A stretch of DNA of 64,000 bases from Candidatus Saccharimonadia bacterium (GTDB lineage: Bacteria; Patescibacteriota; SICC01). Position numbers and translations under genes: made by a program. The stretch is taken from positions 4,279 to 68,278 of the forward strand of contig JANWJF010000001.1 in NCBI GenBank assembly GCA_025449535.1, given 5' to 3'. The notes under the pieces were generated by a model. It did not search any database. It had not been told where the DNA came from and was given only the letters and a program-made list of their open reading frames with translations. Below, piece by piece: positions 51,217 to 63,460 of the stretch. Every line of letters begins with the position of its first letter. Position 1 is the first letter of the stretch.

Positions 51217-51984
51217 GTGGATCGGAAGCGTCCGATCTCGGAACGCCTGCCGCTAGTCGCGGTCGTCTTCGCCGTGCTGGTCGTCGGCGGGGCAATCGGG
51301 CTCCTGAAGCCGATCCAGGGCCTGGTCGGACTGGCGCTGGAACCGGTCGCCAAGGCCGTCCAGATCTCGGGCCGCAGCGACCTCGAGAAGAAGAACCAGG
51401 AACTCCAGGACGAGGTGGCCCGGCTGCAGACCGAGCTCGCCAAGCGCGAGGAAGCGGTCATCCAGAACGAGGCCCTGAAGGCCCAGCTCGGCTTCGCGCA
51501 GGAGTCCGACTTCAAGCTGGCCCAGGCGCAGGTCATCAGCCAGGATCCCACCAACTACCAGCAGGTCCTGACGATCGACCGCGGCAGCGGGGCGGGGATC
51601 AAGAAGGGGATGGTCGCGGCCACCCGCGGGCTCCTCGTGGGGCAGGTGGTCGCCACCACGCCGTCAACCGCCAAGGTGCGCCTGATCACCGACTTCCGCA
51701 GCTCCGTCCCGGTACTGGACCAGCAGACCCGGGCCAACGGTCTCACCCGGGGCGGCCGGGGCTTCGGGCTGAACCTGGAGATGGTCCCCCAGACGGACAC
51801 GCTCCGGAAGGGCGACACGCTGATCACCTCCGGCTTCGGCGGGGAATACCCGAAGGGCTTGGTCATCGGTACCGTGGATTCGGTCCAGAAGCTCGATACG
51901 GACGTCTTCCAGACCGCCGAGGTGCGGCCGGCGGTGGACTTCCGGCGGCTTGAGGACCTCTTCGTGATCATCGGCGGGGCATGA
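51217..51984 (+). CDS. mreC: Rod shape-determining protein MreC
   Basis: Coiled coil, IDRGS..GI, GLLVG, TSGFGGEYPKG. Confidence 0.94.
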   Translation: MDRKRPISERLPLVAVVFAVLVVGGAIGLLKPIQGLVGLALEPVAKAVQISGRSDLEKKNQELQDEVARLQTELAKREEAVIQNEALKAQLGFAQESDFKLAQAQVISQDPTNYQQVLTIDRGSGAGIKKGMVAATRGLLVGQVVATTPSTAKVRLITDFRSSVPVLDQQTRANGLTRGGRGFGLNLEMVPQTDTLRKGDTLITSGFGGEYPKGLVIGTVDSVQKLDTDVFQTAEVRPAVDFRRLEDLFVIIGGA

Positions 51985-52505
51985 AGCGCCTGGCCGTCAT
52001 CCTGACCTGGGTCTTCGTGTTGGCGCTCCAGATCGCACTCTGGCCGGAGATCACCGTACGGGTACTGCCGGCATTCGCCTTCGCCACCGCGCTGGCCTGG
52101 GGGATCATGATCAATCCGCGAACCGGCTTCTGGCTGGCCGGCGGCAGCGGGCTGCTGCTCGACCTCTACGCCCAGCACGACCTCGGGATGGTAACGGTCG
52201 CCAGCCTGGCCGGGTACGGCGTCGCCTGGGGCATCATCCGGGGGTATCTCTCCGGCACCGTCTCCTGGGGACCGGTGCTGCTCGGGGCGGCCGTGGGGTC
52301 GTTCGTCTACGAGCTTTTCCTCTTGCTCTGGATGGAGGTCCGGGTCGACGGGTTCCCGCTTTTGGCGGAAACCATCGGCACCGGTACACTGAATGCGCTG
52401 GCCACGTTCGTGGTCTTCCTGGTCGCCGCCGGCCTGGCAAGCGCGGCGTCCGGTTGGTTTAACACACCCCGTCCGCGACATGAAAGATCCCTTCGGTACC
52501 GATAA
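51981..52505 (+). CDS. mreD: Rod shape-determining protein MreD
   Basis: Hydrophobic, GLLLDL; sits between mreC and PBP2. Confidence 0.82.
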   Translation: MKRLAVILTWVFVLALQIALWPEITVRVLPAFAFATALAWGIMINPRTGFWLAGGSGLLLDLYAQHDLGMVTVASLAGYGVAWGIIRGYLSGTVSWGPVLLGAAVGSFVYELFLLLWMEVRVDGFPLLAETIGTGTLNALATFVVFLVAAGLASAASGWFNTPRPRHERSLRYR

Positions 52506-54441
52506 GTTCCTGAGCCTCGACTTCGACACCTCGTACGGGGAAGCCGAGCAGTGGCAGGGCGCCCTCAAGAACGAGGAGGGCGCGGACACCGTCGCCCGGG
52601 AACGTAGCGGCGACGCCGCCCGGACGCGCTTCTTCGTGATCGCGATCCTGGTATTGTTCCTGATCCTGGTCACCCGGTTGATGGTCCTGCAGATCTTCGG
52701 GGCGGCCGAGAACGCCGCGCTGGCGGAAGGGAACCGGGTCCGTTCGATCGAGATCGCCGCGCCGCGTGGCGTGATCTACGACGCCAAGGGCGGGATCGTC
52801 GCCCGCAACACGCCGAACTTCGAAGTACGGGTCGTGCCGATCGAACTGCCGCGCCAGAAGGCGGAGCGGGAGCGGGCCTACCGGACGCTGTCCGAACCGC
52901 TCCAGTTGTCCCCGGCGGAGGTACGCAAGCGCGCCGAGGAGAAGGGCCTCGACTACGGTCAGCCGGTCTTGATAGCGGACGGCCTGCCGCGGGAGAATTC
53001 CGTCCTGCTCCGGCTCCGGGCCACCGACCTGCCCGGCGTGGTGATCCAGAACAATCCCCGGCGGCAGTATGCCGATACCGACCTCTACGCGCACCTGCTC
53101 GGGTACGTCGGCAAGGTCTCGGCGGAGGACCTGAAGAAGGACCAGACGCTGCGTCGGAACGACTACGTCGGCAAGAGCGGCCTGGAGCGCGTCTACCAGG
53201 GCCAGCTGTCCGGCGAACCGGGCGAGCGGCGCCTGGAGGTGGACGCGCAGGGCGAGGTGATCAAGGAGCTGCAGTCGAACGATCCCGTGCCGGGCCGGAG
53301 CGTCCAACTGGGCATCGACCCCAAGCTCCAGAAAGTGATGCATGACGCGGTCGACAACGGGATCAAGAGTTCGCGCCGCGGCCTGGCCTCGGGAGGCAGC
53401 GCGATCGCCCTGGACCCCAAGACCGGCACGGTCCTGGGCATGGTCTCGCTGCCCTCGTTCGACAACAACGACTTCGTGGACGGCGTCAGCCAAGCGAAGT
53501 ACAAGGAGCTCTCCGGCAACCCGGACAAGCCGCTGTTCAACCGGCCGATCTCCGGCGAGTACCCGCCGGGCTCGACGTTCAAGATCGTCACCGTGGCGGG
53601 GGCGCTGGCCGAGGGAGTCGTCAGTCCCGATGACTACCTGGCCTCGCCGCCGTCCATCGACGTCGGCGGCGCCAAGTTCGTGGACTGGAAGGAGGACGGG
53701 CACGGTAGCGTCAACGCGGCGCGTGCCCTGGCCGTCAGTTCCGACGTATACATCTACAAGGTCTCCGGCGGCTTCGAAGGGGAGTCCGACGGACTCGGCG
53801 TGGACAAGCTGGGCGACTACATGCGGCAGTTCGGCATCGGCACGCCGACCGGCGTCGACCTGCCGGACGAGCAGGACGGACTGGTCCCTTCGCCGTCATA
53901 CAAGAAGGCCGCCTTCGACGAGGACTGGTACATCGGCAACACCTACCAGATGGGCATCGGGCAAGGGTTCGTACTGGCCACGCCGCTCCAAGTGGCGACC
54001 TATACCGCCGCCATCGCCAACGACGGCATCGCCTACAAACCGCACCTGGCCAAGGCGTTCCTGGATTCGGCGAACAAGCGGAAGCGGACCGCGGTGGAGC
54101 CGGAACCCCTGGTCAACCTGAAGGTGGACCGCGAGGTAATCGAGACCGTCCAGCAAGGGATGCGCGACGCCGTGGACAGCGGCACCGCGGTGGACCTGAA
54201 GGACATGCCGGTGGACGTCTGCGGTAAGACCGGTTCGGCGGAGTTCGCCAACGAGACCAACGCCCACGCCTGGTTCACCGCCTACGCGCCATGCGACGAC
54301 CCGCGGATCGTCCTGACGGTGATGATCGAGGGCGGCGGCGAAGGTTCCGACGTGGCCGTCCCGGCGGCCAAACGGATCTTCGAGTCGTTCTTCGACGTGC
54401 AGGCGCCGTCACCGAAGCCGTCGCCGGGAGGAGGGGACTGA
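52480..54441 (+). CDS. mrdA: Penicillin-binding protein 2
   Basis: APRGVIYD, PGSTFK, SSD, KTGSA. Confidence 0.95.
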   Translation: MKDPFGTDKFLSLDFDTSYGEAEQWQGALKNEEGADTVARERSGDAARTRFFVIAILVLFLILVTRLMVLQIFGAAENAALAEGNRVRSIEIAAPRGVIYDAKGGIVARNTPNFEVRVVPIELPRQKAERERAYRTLSEPLQLSPAEVRKRAEEKGLDYGQPVLIADGLPRENSVLLRLRATDLPGVVIQNNPRRQYADTDLYAHLLGYVGKVSAEDLKKDQTLRRNDYVGKSGLERVYQGQLSGEPGERRLEVDAQGEVIKELQSNDPVPGRSVQLGIDPKLQKVMHDAVDNGIKSSRRGLASGGSAIALDPKTGTVLGMVSLPSFDNNDFVDGVSQAKYKELSGNPDKPLFNRPISGEYPPGSTFKIVTVAGALAEGVVSPDDYLASPPSIDVGGAKFVDWKEDGHGSVNAARALAVSSDVYIYKVSGGFEGESDGLGVDKLGDYMRQFGIGTPTGVDLPDEQDGLVPSPSYKKAAFDEDWYIGNTYQMGIGQGFVLATPLQVATYTAAIANDGIAYKPHLAKAFLDSANKRKRTAVEPEPLVNLKVDREVIETVQQGMRDAVDSGTAVDLKDMPVDVCGKTGSAEFANETNAHAWFTAYAPCDDPRIVLTVMIEGGGEGSDVAVPAAKRIFESFFDVQAPSPKPSPGGGD

Positions 54442-55256
54442 TGGCCGCCCGGATATTGGACGGCACGGCCACCGCGGAGAAGCGTCTGAAGCGCTTGGCT
54501 AAGCGAAAACCTGGCGGCCTTACGCTGGGCATCGTCCTGGCCACGGACAACCCCGCGACCCGGACGTACGTCGACCAGAAGCAGCGGCGCGCCGAACAAA
54601 TCGGTTACTCGGTGACGATCGACGACCTCGGACCGCGGGCGGACCGGAAGGCGATCCTGGCGGCCTGCGCCCGGATGAACCGGAGCAAACGGATCACCGG
54701 GTACATCGTCCAGCTGCCGCTGCCGAAGGGGATTGATCCGCTCGAGGTGTTCGCGGCGGTCGACCCGCGCAAGGACGCCGACGGACTGACCCCCGAGAAC
54801 CTCGGCCGGCTATACACGAACCGGCCGGGCATCCTGCCGGCGACCCCGAAGGGCATCCTCGAGCTGCTCGACGACCACCGGGTCGGCCTCACAGGAATCC
54901 AAGCCACGGTCGTCGGCAAAGGTATCCTCACCGGCCTGCCGCTGGCGACGCTGCTCTCGCACCGGGGCGCCACGGTGACCAGCTGCGACCGGCACACCAA
55001 GGACCTGGGACGCCGCACCCGGGAAGCCGACCTGGTCGTGGTGGCGGTGGGCAAGCCGAAGCTGATCACCGCGCGGATGGTACGCCGTAGAGCCGTCGTC
55101 GTGGACGTCGGGACCAACCGGTCCGGGAATCGGCTGATCGGCGACGTGGACTACGCCGCGGTCTCGAAGAAAGCCTCGCTGATCACTCCCGTTCCCGGCG
55201 GCGTCGGCCCAATGACGGTCGTCAGCCTGCTGGAAAACGTCCATCAGTTGGCGTAA
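54441..55256 (+). CDS. folD: Methylene-THF dehydrogenase/cyclohydrolase
   Basis: VQLPLP, KDADG, PATPKG, DVGTN, TPVPGGVGPMT. Confidence 0.95.
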   Translation: MAARILDGTATAEKRLKRLAKRKPGGLTLGIVLATDNPATRTYVDQKQRRAEQIGYSVTIDDLGPRADRKAILAACARMNRSKRITGYIVQLPLPKGIDPLEVFAAVDPRKDADGLTPENLGRLYTNRPGILPATPKGILELLDDHRVGLTGIQATVVGKGILTGLPLATLLSHRGATVTSCDRHTKDLGRRTREADLVVVAVGKPKLITARMVRRRAVVVDVGTNRSGNRLIGDVDYAAVSKKASLITPVPGGVGPMTVVSLLENVHQLA

Positions 55257-55277
55257 AACAATCCCCAGGACGATTCG

Positions 55278-55357
55278 TTGACACCGCCAGTGCCGGTTGT
55301 TAGGATAATGACCCCCACGGCCCGCAAGGGCTTTTAATAACCTCTTCGGAGGCAACC
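55278..55357 (+). promoter_or_regulatory. greA promoter and structured leader
   Basis: TTGACA-17-TAGGAT; GCCC-GCAA-GGGC-TTTT; CCTC-TTCG-GAGG covering the SD. Confidence 0.7.
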
Positions 55358-55825
55358 ATGGCAGAGCAGAACACCTATCTCACGACGGCCGGACTCGACA
55401 AGCTGAAGGCCGAGCTGAAGGGACTCAAGGAAGAGCGCCGTCCCGCCGTGATCGCGCGGATCAAGGAAGCGGTGGCCTACGGCGACCTCTCCGAGAATTC
55501 CGAGTACGAGGACTCCAAGAACGAGCAGGCGCTGGTGGAAGGCCGAATCGCCGAGCTGGAACGGCTACTCGAGAACCCCCAGATCGTGAAGCCGGGCAAG
55601 AGCAGCAACGGGGAAGTGGCGCTCGGATCGAAGGTGACCGTGAAGCACGGCGGCAGCTCCACGTCCTACACGATCGTCGGACCGGCGGAAGCCGACCCGG
55701 CCGGCGGCCTGATCTCGAACGAATCGCCGATCGGCCAGGCGTTGCTCGGCAAAGGCAAGGGCGACGAGGCCGTGGTCGAGACGCCCAAGGGCAACGTCAA
55801 GTACACGATCGTCTCCCTGAGCTAG
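55358..55825 (+). CDS. greA: Transcription elongation factor GreA
   Basis: GDLSENSEY, IVGPAEADP, ISNESPIG. Confidence 0.97.
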   Translation: MAEQNTYLTTAGLDKLKAELKGLKEERRPAVIARIKEAVAYGDLSENSEYEDSKNEQALVEGRIAELERLLENPQIVKPGKSSNGEVALGSKVTVKHGGSSTSYTIVGPAEADPAGGLISNESPIGQALLGKGKGDEAVVETPKGNVKYTIVSLS

Positions 55826-55876
55826 GCTGCCATTCCGGGCCAGGCGCGGTACCCTGGAGATGACGGGTTTTTAGCC

Positions 55877-57505
55877 ATGGCAACGAAAAAAGCACAATCG
55901 GAAGACAACCTGCACTGGGCGGAGGCAATCGCCGAGGAAGTGCTGGGCGAGTTTCCGGACGAGCAGGAATACGTCTGCGCGGCGGGCATCAGCCCGTCCG
56001 GCGTGGTGCACTTCGGCAACTTCCGCGAGATCATGACGAACTACCCGGTGGTGCGGGCGCTGCAGCGACGCGGTAAACGGGCAAAGCTCCTGCTCTACTG
56101 GGACGATTACGACCGGCTCCGGAAGGTCCCGGCCGGCATCGATCCGAAGTTCGAGCAGTACGTCGGGATGCCGCTCCTGGCGATCCCGGACCCGCATGGC
56201 AATCAGGACATGACGTACGCCCAACGGTTCCAGCGGCTGTTCGAAGGCGCGATGCGCGAGTTCGGCTTCGATATCGACTACCGCTACAAGGGCGAGCTGT
56301 ACCGTTCCGGCACGTACGACGACGCGATCCGGCAGGCGATCGAAGAGCGCGAACGGATCGCGGAGATCCTGCTGTCGCTGATGTCCGACAAGGCCAAGCG
56401 GGCCCAGCGGATCGACGAGGCGCAGTACAAGAAGGACTACTACCCGGTGACCGTCTACTCCGAGTTCACCGGGAAGGACTTCACGAGGATCACCGGGTTC
56501 GACGGGAAGACGCTCACCTATGAGTGCAAGGAAAGCGGCAAGACCGGCACGGTCGAGCTGGGCACGGATCACAACATCAAGCTCGGGTGGAAGATCGACT
56601 GGGCGATGCATTGGCGGCACGAGAACATCACGTTCGAGCCGGGCGGCGTGGACCACCTCTCGCCGGGCGGGCCGTACGACGCGGCTACCCGGATCGCGCG
56701 TGAGGTGTTCGACCGCATACCACCGGTTACCATCCGGTACGGGTTCGTCGGCCTGCAAGGCGTGGCAGGGAAGATGTCCGGCAGCACGGGCCTGGCCAAG
56801 TCGCCGAACGAGCTGCTCGAGGTCTACACCGAACCGATTCTGAAGTGGCTGTACCTGCGGACCCAGCCGAAGAAGAACTTCTCGCTGGCGTTCGACACGG
56901 AGATCTTCCGACAGTACGACGAGTTCGACCGCGAGGTGGCGGCGTACGCCGCGGGGAAGTTGCCGCGCGCGCGTTCGTTCGCGATCGAGGAAGCGTTCGA
57001 GGACCCAAAGAAGCTGCAAGCGCTCAAGCACCCCGCCTCGTTCCGCCAGCTCGTGAGCTTCGGACAAATCGTCCAGTGGGACGAGGGCAAGGTCTTGGAG
57101 CTGCTGAAGTCCATCGGCGCGGAGTACGACGAGGCGTCCGTGAAGGCGCGGCTCCCGCGCGCCCGGAACTGGCTGGTTGACCACAACCCGGACCAGCTGA
57201 TCGCGCTGCTGGAGAAACCGAACACGGAATACGCTAAGAAAATGTCCGAAAAAGCCCGAAAAAATATCTCGGAGCTTTGTACGAAATTATCGGCACAGGG
57301 CAGAGAATCCATCGAGCAGCTCGAGGAGCTCGTCTACGCGATCCCGAAGGAGCCGCAGGCGTCCGACGACAAGAACAAGCAGGCCCAGCGGGCATTCTTC
57401 AAGGACATGTATCAGCTGCTGATCGGCCAGGACAGAGGACCGCGGTTGGGTACGTTCCTGTGGGCGGTGGAGCGGAAGAAAGTACGTAAGCTCCTGGAAG
57501 TGTAA
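55877..57505 (+). CDS. lysS: Lysyl-tRNA synthetase, class I
   Basis: HWA, GISPSG..HFGNFRE, KIDWAMHW, KMSGSTG, GPRLG. Confidence 0.95.
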   Translation: MATKKAQSEDNLHWAEAIAEEVLGEFPDEQEYVCAAGISPSGVVHFGNFREIMTNYPVVRALQRRGKRAKLLLYWDDYDRLRKVPAGIDPKFEQYVGMPLLAIPDPHGNQDMTYAQRFQRLFEGAMREFGFDIDYRYKGELYRSGTYDDAIRQAIEERERIAEILLSLMSDKAKRAQRIDEAQYKKDYYPVTVYSEFTGKDFTRITGFDGKTLTYECKESGKTGTVELGTDHNIKLGWKIDWAMHWRHENITFEPGGVDHLSPGGPYDAATRIAREVFDRIPPVTIRYGFVGLQGVAGKMSGSTGLAKSPNELLEVYTEPILKWLYLRTQPKKNFSLAFDTEIFRQYDEFDREVAAYAAGKLPRARSFAIEEAFEDPKKLQALKHPASFRQLVSFGQIVQWDEGKVLELLKSIGAEYDEASVKARLPRARNWLVDHNPDQLIALLEKPNTEYAKKMSEKARKNISELCTKLSAQGRESIEQLEELVYAIPKEPQASDDKNKQAQRAFFKDMYQLLIGQDRGPRLGTFLWAVERKKVRKLLEV

Positions 57506-57532
57506 GCCTGGAACCTTGATAATGGGCACGAA

Positions 57533-58831
57533 GTGATCGACATCAAAACCATCAAGGACGAGCCGCAGCGGATCGAGGCCGAGCTGAAGAAGCGCGGCAT
57601 CACGCTCGATGTGAACAAACTGACCAAGCTCGACGGCGAGCGCCGGAAGCTCCAGCAGGAGTTTGACTCGGTGCGCTCGGAACAGAAGCAGGTGAAGACC
57701 GCTATGGACGGCAAGCAGCTCAAGGAAAAGCTGCAAAAGATCGAAAAAAACCTGAAAGAAGCGCAAAAAGCCTTTGAGGAACTTTATTTGCAGCTGCCGA
57801 ACTTCTCGGCCGATGACGTCCCGATCGCCAAGGACGAGTCCGGCAACGAGACGATCCGCGAATCCGGTGACCAAGGCATCGTCGAGGGCGCGAAGCCGCA
57901 CTACGAGATCCCCGGCATCAAGCCGCTGATCGACTTCGAGCGCGGCGCGAAGGTCTCGGGGAATCGATTCTGGTTCCTAAAGGACGCGCTCGTCGACCTG
58001 GAGTTCGCGCTGCTGCGGTACGCGCTCGATTTCTATACCAAGCGCGGATTCACACAGATGCGACCACCTTCATTGGTGCAGCAGCATGCAATGGAAGGCA
58101 CGGGCTTTTTCCCAGCAGAAAAACAGGAAATTTATCTTACTTCTGACGGCTGGATTGAGGAGATGATTGAAAGATGGATAAAAGCTGGGAAGCTAACCCC
58201 TCCTGATATTGAAAGCTACAGAAATAAGCAGCTATCTACGCATTATCTCTCCGGCACCGCCGAAGTCCCGCTGGCCAGCTACCACGCCGGCGAGACGCTG
58301 GACGAACTCCCGATCAAATACGCCGGGTTCGCGCCCGCGTACCGGCGCGAGGCCGGTAGCTACGGGAAGGACACCAAGGGCATCATGCGCGGCCACGAGT
58401 TCGACAAGGTCGAGCTGTTCGTCTTCAGCGACCCGGCCACGTCCTGGGACGTCCACGAGGAGCTGCAGCGGGACGCCGAGGTGTTCTGGAGCTCGCTGGA
58501 GGTGCCGTTCCGGGTGGTAAACATCGCCACCGGCGACCTGGGCGCGCCGAACGCCAAGAAGTACGACATCGAGGCCTGGCTGCCCGGCGCAGACCGCTAC
58601 ATGGAGGTCGGCAGCAACTCCAACGACACGGACTTCCAGGCGCGGCGGCTGAAGGTCAAGCACGGCGGCGCGCTCGTCCACACGCTCAACAACACCGCCG
58701 TAGCCGTGGGACGGGCGATCATCGCGATCGCCGAGAATAAGCAGGACAAGGATGGTAACGTAGAGATACCGGAGGTACTCAGGAAGTACCTTGCTTTCAG
58801 CCGGATCACGGCCGACGGGAGCACGGAATAA
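57533..58831 (+). CDS. serS: Seryl-tRNA synthetase
   Basis: GAKVSGNRF, GTAEVP, YRREAGSYGKDT, KYDIEAW, TDFQARRL, HTLNNTA. Confidence 0.96.
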   Translation: MIDIKTIKDEPQRIEAELKKRGITLDVNKLTKLDGERRKLQQEFDSVRSEQKQVKTAMDGKQLKEKLQKIEKNLKEAQKAFEELYLQLPNFSADDVPIAKDESGNETIRESGDQGIVEGAKPHYEIPGIKPLIDFERGAKVSGNRFWFLKDALVDLEFALLRYALDFYTKRGFTQMRPPSLVQQHAMEGTGFFPAEKQEIYLTSDGWIEEMIERWIKAGKLTPPDIESYRNKQLSTHYLSGTAEVPLASYHAGETLDELPIKYAGFAPAYRREAGSYGKDTKGIMRGHEFDKVELFVFSDPATSWDVHEELQRDAEVFWSSLEVPFRVVNIATGDLGAPNAKKYDIEAWLPGADRYMEVGSNSNDTDFQARRLKVKHGGALVHTLNNTAVAVGRAIIAIAENKQDKDGNVEIPEVLRKYLAFSRITADGSTE

Positions 58832-58835
58832 CCAT

Positions 58836-59224
58836 ATGAAACTACAGATCAAGGCAGTCAACCTGGACCTCACCGATTCGGTCCGGACGTACGTCACCGA
58901 GAAGATCGGCGGCCTGGAGCGGTTGGTCCTGAAGCATCACCGCGATTCCGCGATGGCGGACGTGAAACTGATCTTCAAGCCCGCTGACACCAAAGCCACC
59001 AAGGACAAATGCCACGTGACGATCTCGGGGCTCGGCGGGGGAGACGTGATCCACGTCGAGGAAGAAGCCGAGGACATGCACGTGGCGATCGACCGCGCCG
59101 CGCACACGCTTAAGGAGACGATCCGGAGGCACGAGGACAAGCAACGCGACCATATTAACCGGGAAGCACGAGACCTCAAGGAACAGGCGCAGACGTTCGA
59201 CCCCGGGGAAAGCGACGCCCCCTG

Positions 59225-59225
<1 letters not shown>
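58836..59225 (+). CDS. hpf: Ribosome hibernation factor HPF/RaiA
   Basis: N..LTDSVRTYV.EK, DMHVAID; upstream of secA. Confidence 0.88.
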
Positions 59226-62140
<2,915 letters not shown>

Positions 62141-62217
62141 TTGTCATCCTGAGGGAGCAACGCGACCGACGGATCTGGTCGCTCGATCAAGGTTCTTCGC
62201 TTCGCTCAGAATGACAA
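62141..62217. repeat. REP-like palindromic dimer (TGTCAT..CTGAG..GAAG family)
   Basis: TTGTCATCCTGAG...GGATCT paired with AGGTTCTTCGCTTCGCTCAGAATGACAA. Confidence 0.75.
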
Positions 62218-62252
62218 TGGAAATAACTTGAACACGCGCTACAATACCTGCC

Positions 62253-62537
62253 ATGGCAAATACACTGACCGCACAAGAAATCCGCGAGGAACTCGCGCGA
62301 TTGCAGGGTTGGAAACGAGCCGACCAGTCGATCCTGAAAGACGTGGAACTCACGGACTTCGACGCAGCGATGCGGTTCGTCGGTAAGGTGGCCGACATCG
62401 CCGGCCGCGAGGACCATCACCCGGACATCGACATCCGCTGGAACAAGGTCCGGCTGGTCCTGAGCACGCATTCCGCGGGCGGTCTGACCGCCAAGGACTT
62501 CCAGGTCGCCGCCCTGATCGACGACATCGCGACCTGA
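62253..62537 (+). CDS. Pterin-4-alpha-carbinolamine dehydratase
   Basis: EDHHPDI, WNKV, STHSAGGLT.KD. Confidence 0.93.
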   Translation: MANTLTAQEIREELARLQGWKRADQSILKDVELTDFDAAMRFVGKVADIAGREDHHPDIDIRWNKVRLVLSTHSAGGLTAKDFQVAALIDDIAT

Positions 62538-62554
62538 CAGGCTAGAATAGAGCC

Positions 62555-63097
62555 ATGACCGACTGGAAGTACTGTCCGCAATGCAGGAAGCCGCTCGAGC
62601 CGAAGCAAGGGCAGACAGGCGAGACGTTTCCGACCTGCCCGGAGGGGCACTTTACGTTCTACGACAGCCCAGACCCCTCGGCCTGCGCGGTCGTCGAACA
62701 GGACGGGAAGTACCTGGTCCTGCGGCGGAATATCGAACCCAATAAGGGAAAGTGGGAGATTCCCGGCGGGTTCATCGATTCAGGAGAGGGAGCCGAAGAA
62801 GCCTTGCTGCGCGAGGCCAGGGAAGAGACGGGCTTGGAAGTGAAAATCGTGCGCTATATCGGAAGTTTTCCGTGCGCGTATGGTGACACAGACCTTATGA
62901 CAGTAAGCGTCGCATACCACGCAGCGGTAACGGGCGGTACGTTTAAGCTTTCAAGGGAAGCGAAAGAGTCCCGATGGGTCGATCTGAACGAGTTCCCCGA
63001 GATGGCGTTCGCATCCGACCAACGGATAGTGGACGCGTTCGTACGGTCACGTAAGAAGCCATCAACGTCGAACGGCCCCGCAATCCTGTGTAGGTAA
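62555..63097 (+). CDS. NUDIX hydrolase with N-terminal Zn ribbon
   Basis: YCPQC, PGGFIDSGE....ALLREAREETGL. Confidence 0.93.
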   Translation: MTDWKYCPQCRKPLEPKQGQTGETFPTCPEGHFTFYDSPDPSACAVVEQDGKYLVLRRNIEPNKGKWEIPGGFIDSGEGAEEALLREAREETGLEVKIVRYIGSFPCAYGDTDLMTVSVAYHAAVTGGTFKLSREAKESRWVDLNEFPEMAFASDQRIVDAFVRSRKKPSTSNGPAILCR

Positions 63098-63128
63098 GGA
63101 TGTACGGGGCCGGGGGACCTCCTTGGCG

Positions 63129-63317
63129 TTAGACGAGCTCGACATCGGGGAACGTCTCTTTGATGCGTCTTCCGGCCTTGTCCGGGCAGATGCCCATGTC
63201 GACCGGTTTGCCGCGCTGCAGCCGCCGTCGCTTCTTGGCGCTGAGCCGGCTCGGGTCCCGTTCGATGACCGCCTTGTTCGCCTCGCTTGGCATGATGCGT
63301 ATGCATCGATGAGCCAC
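63129..63317 (-). CDS. Unknown small basic protein (62 aa) downstream of an attenuator
   Basis: GTG start 5 nt after SD GAAAGGAG; MAHRCIRIMPSEANKAVIERDPSRLSAKKRRRLQRGKPVDMGICPDKAGRRIKETFPDVELV. Confidence 0.7.
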   Translation of the reverse strand: MAHRCIRIMPSEANKAVIERDPSRLSAKKRRRLQRGKPVDMGICPDKAGRRIKETFPDVELV

Positions 63318-63348
63318 GGGTGCTCCTTTCTGTAGAAGGTCCGAAACG

Positions 63349-63373
63349 AAAAAACCACCGCTGTGCGGTGGCC
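63349..63373 (-). terminator. Attenuator terminator
   Basis: Minus strand GGCCACCGC-ACA-GCGGTGGTT-TTTT. Confidence 0.82.
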
Positions 63374-63394
63374 GGTGAGTGATGGATCTGCGGA

Positions 63395-63460
63395 TCAACT
63401 ACTCGAAACCACCGCGGAGCGGCTGTCGAGAAGAAGGAGGTTGGTGCAGATGTGGGCCAT
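63395..63460 (-). CDS. Putative attenuator leader peptide MAHICTNLLLLDSRSAVVSSS
   Basis: Extended -10 TGgTATCTT 7 nt before the ATG; four tandem Leu codons; contains a strand complementary to the terminator 5' arm. Confidence 0.72.
   Translation of the reverse strand: MAHICTNLLLLDSRSAVVSSS

Noticed and set aside
58030-58250. Intein or self-splicing intron in serS
   Set aside because: Too short, no C/S...HN intein ends, and the frame is uninterrupted.
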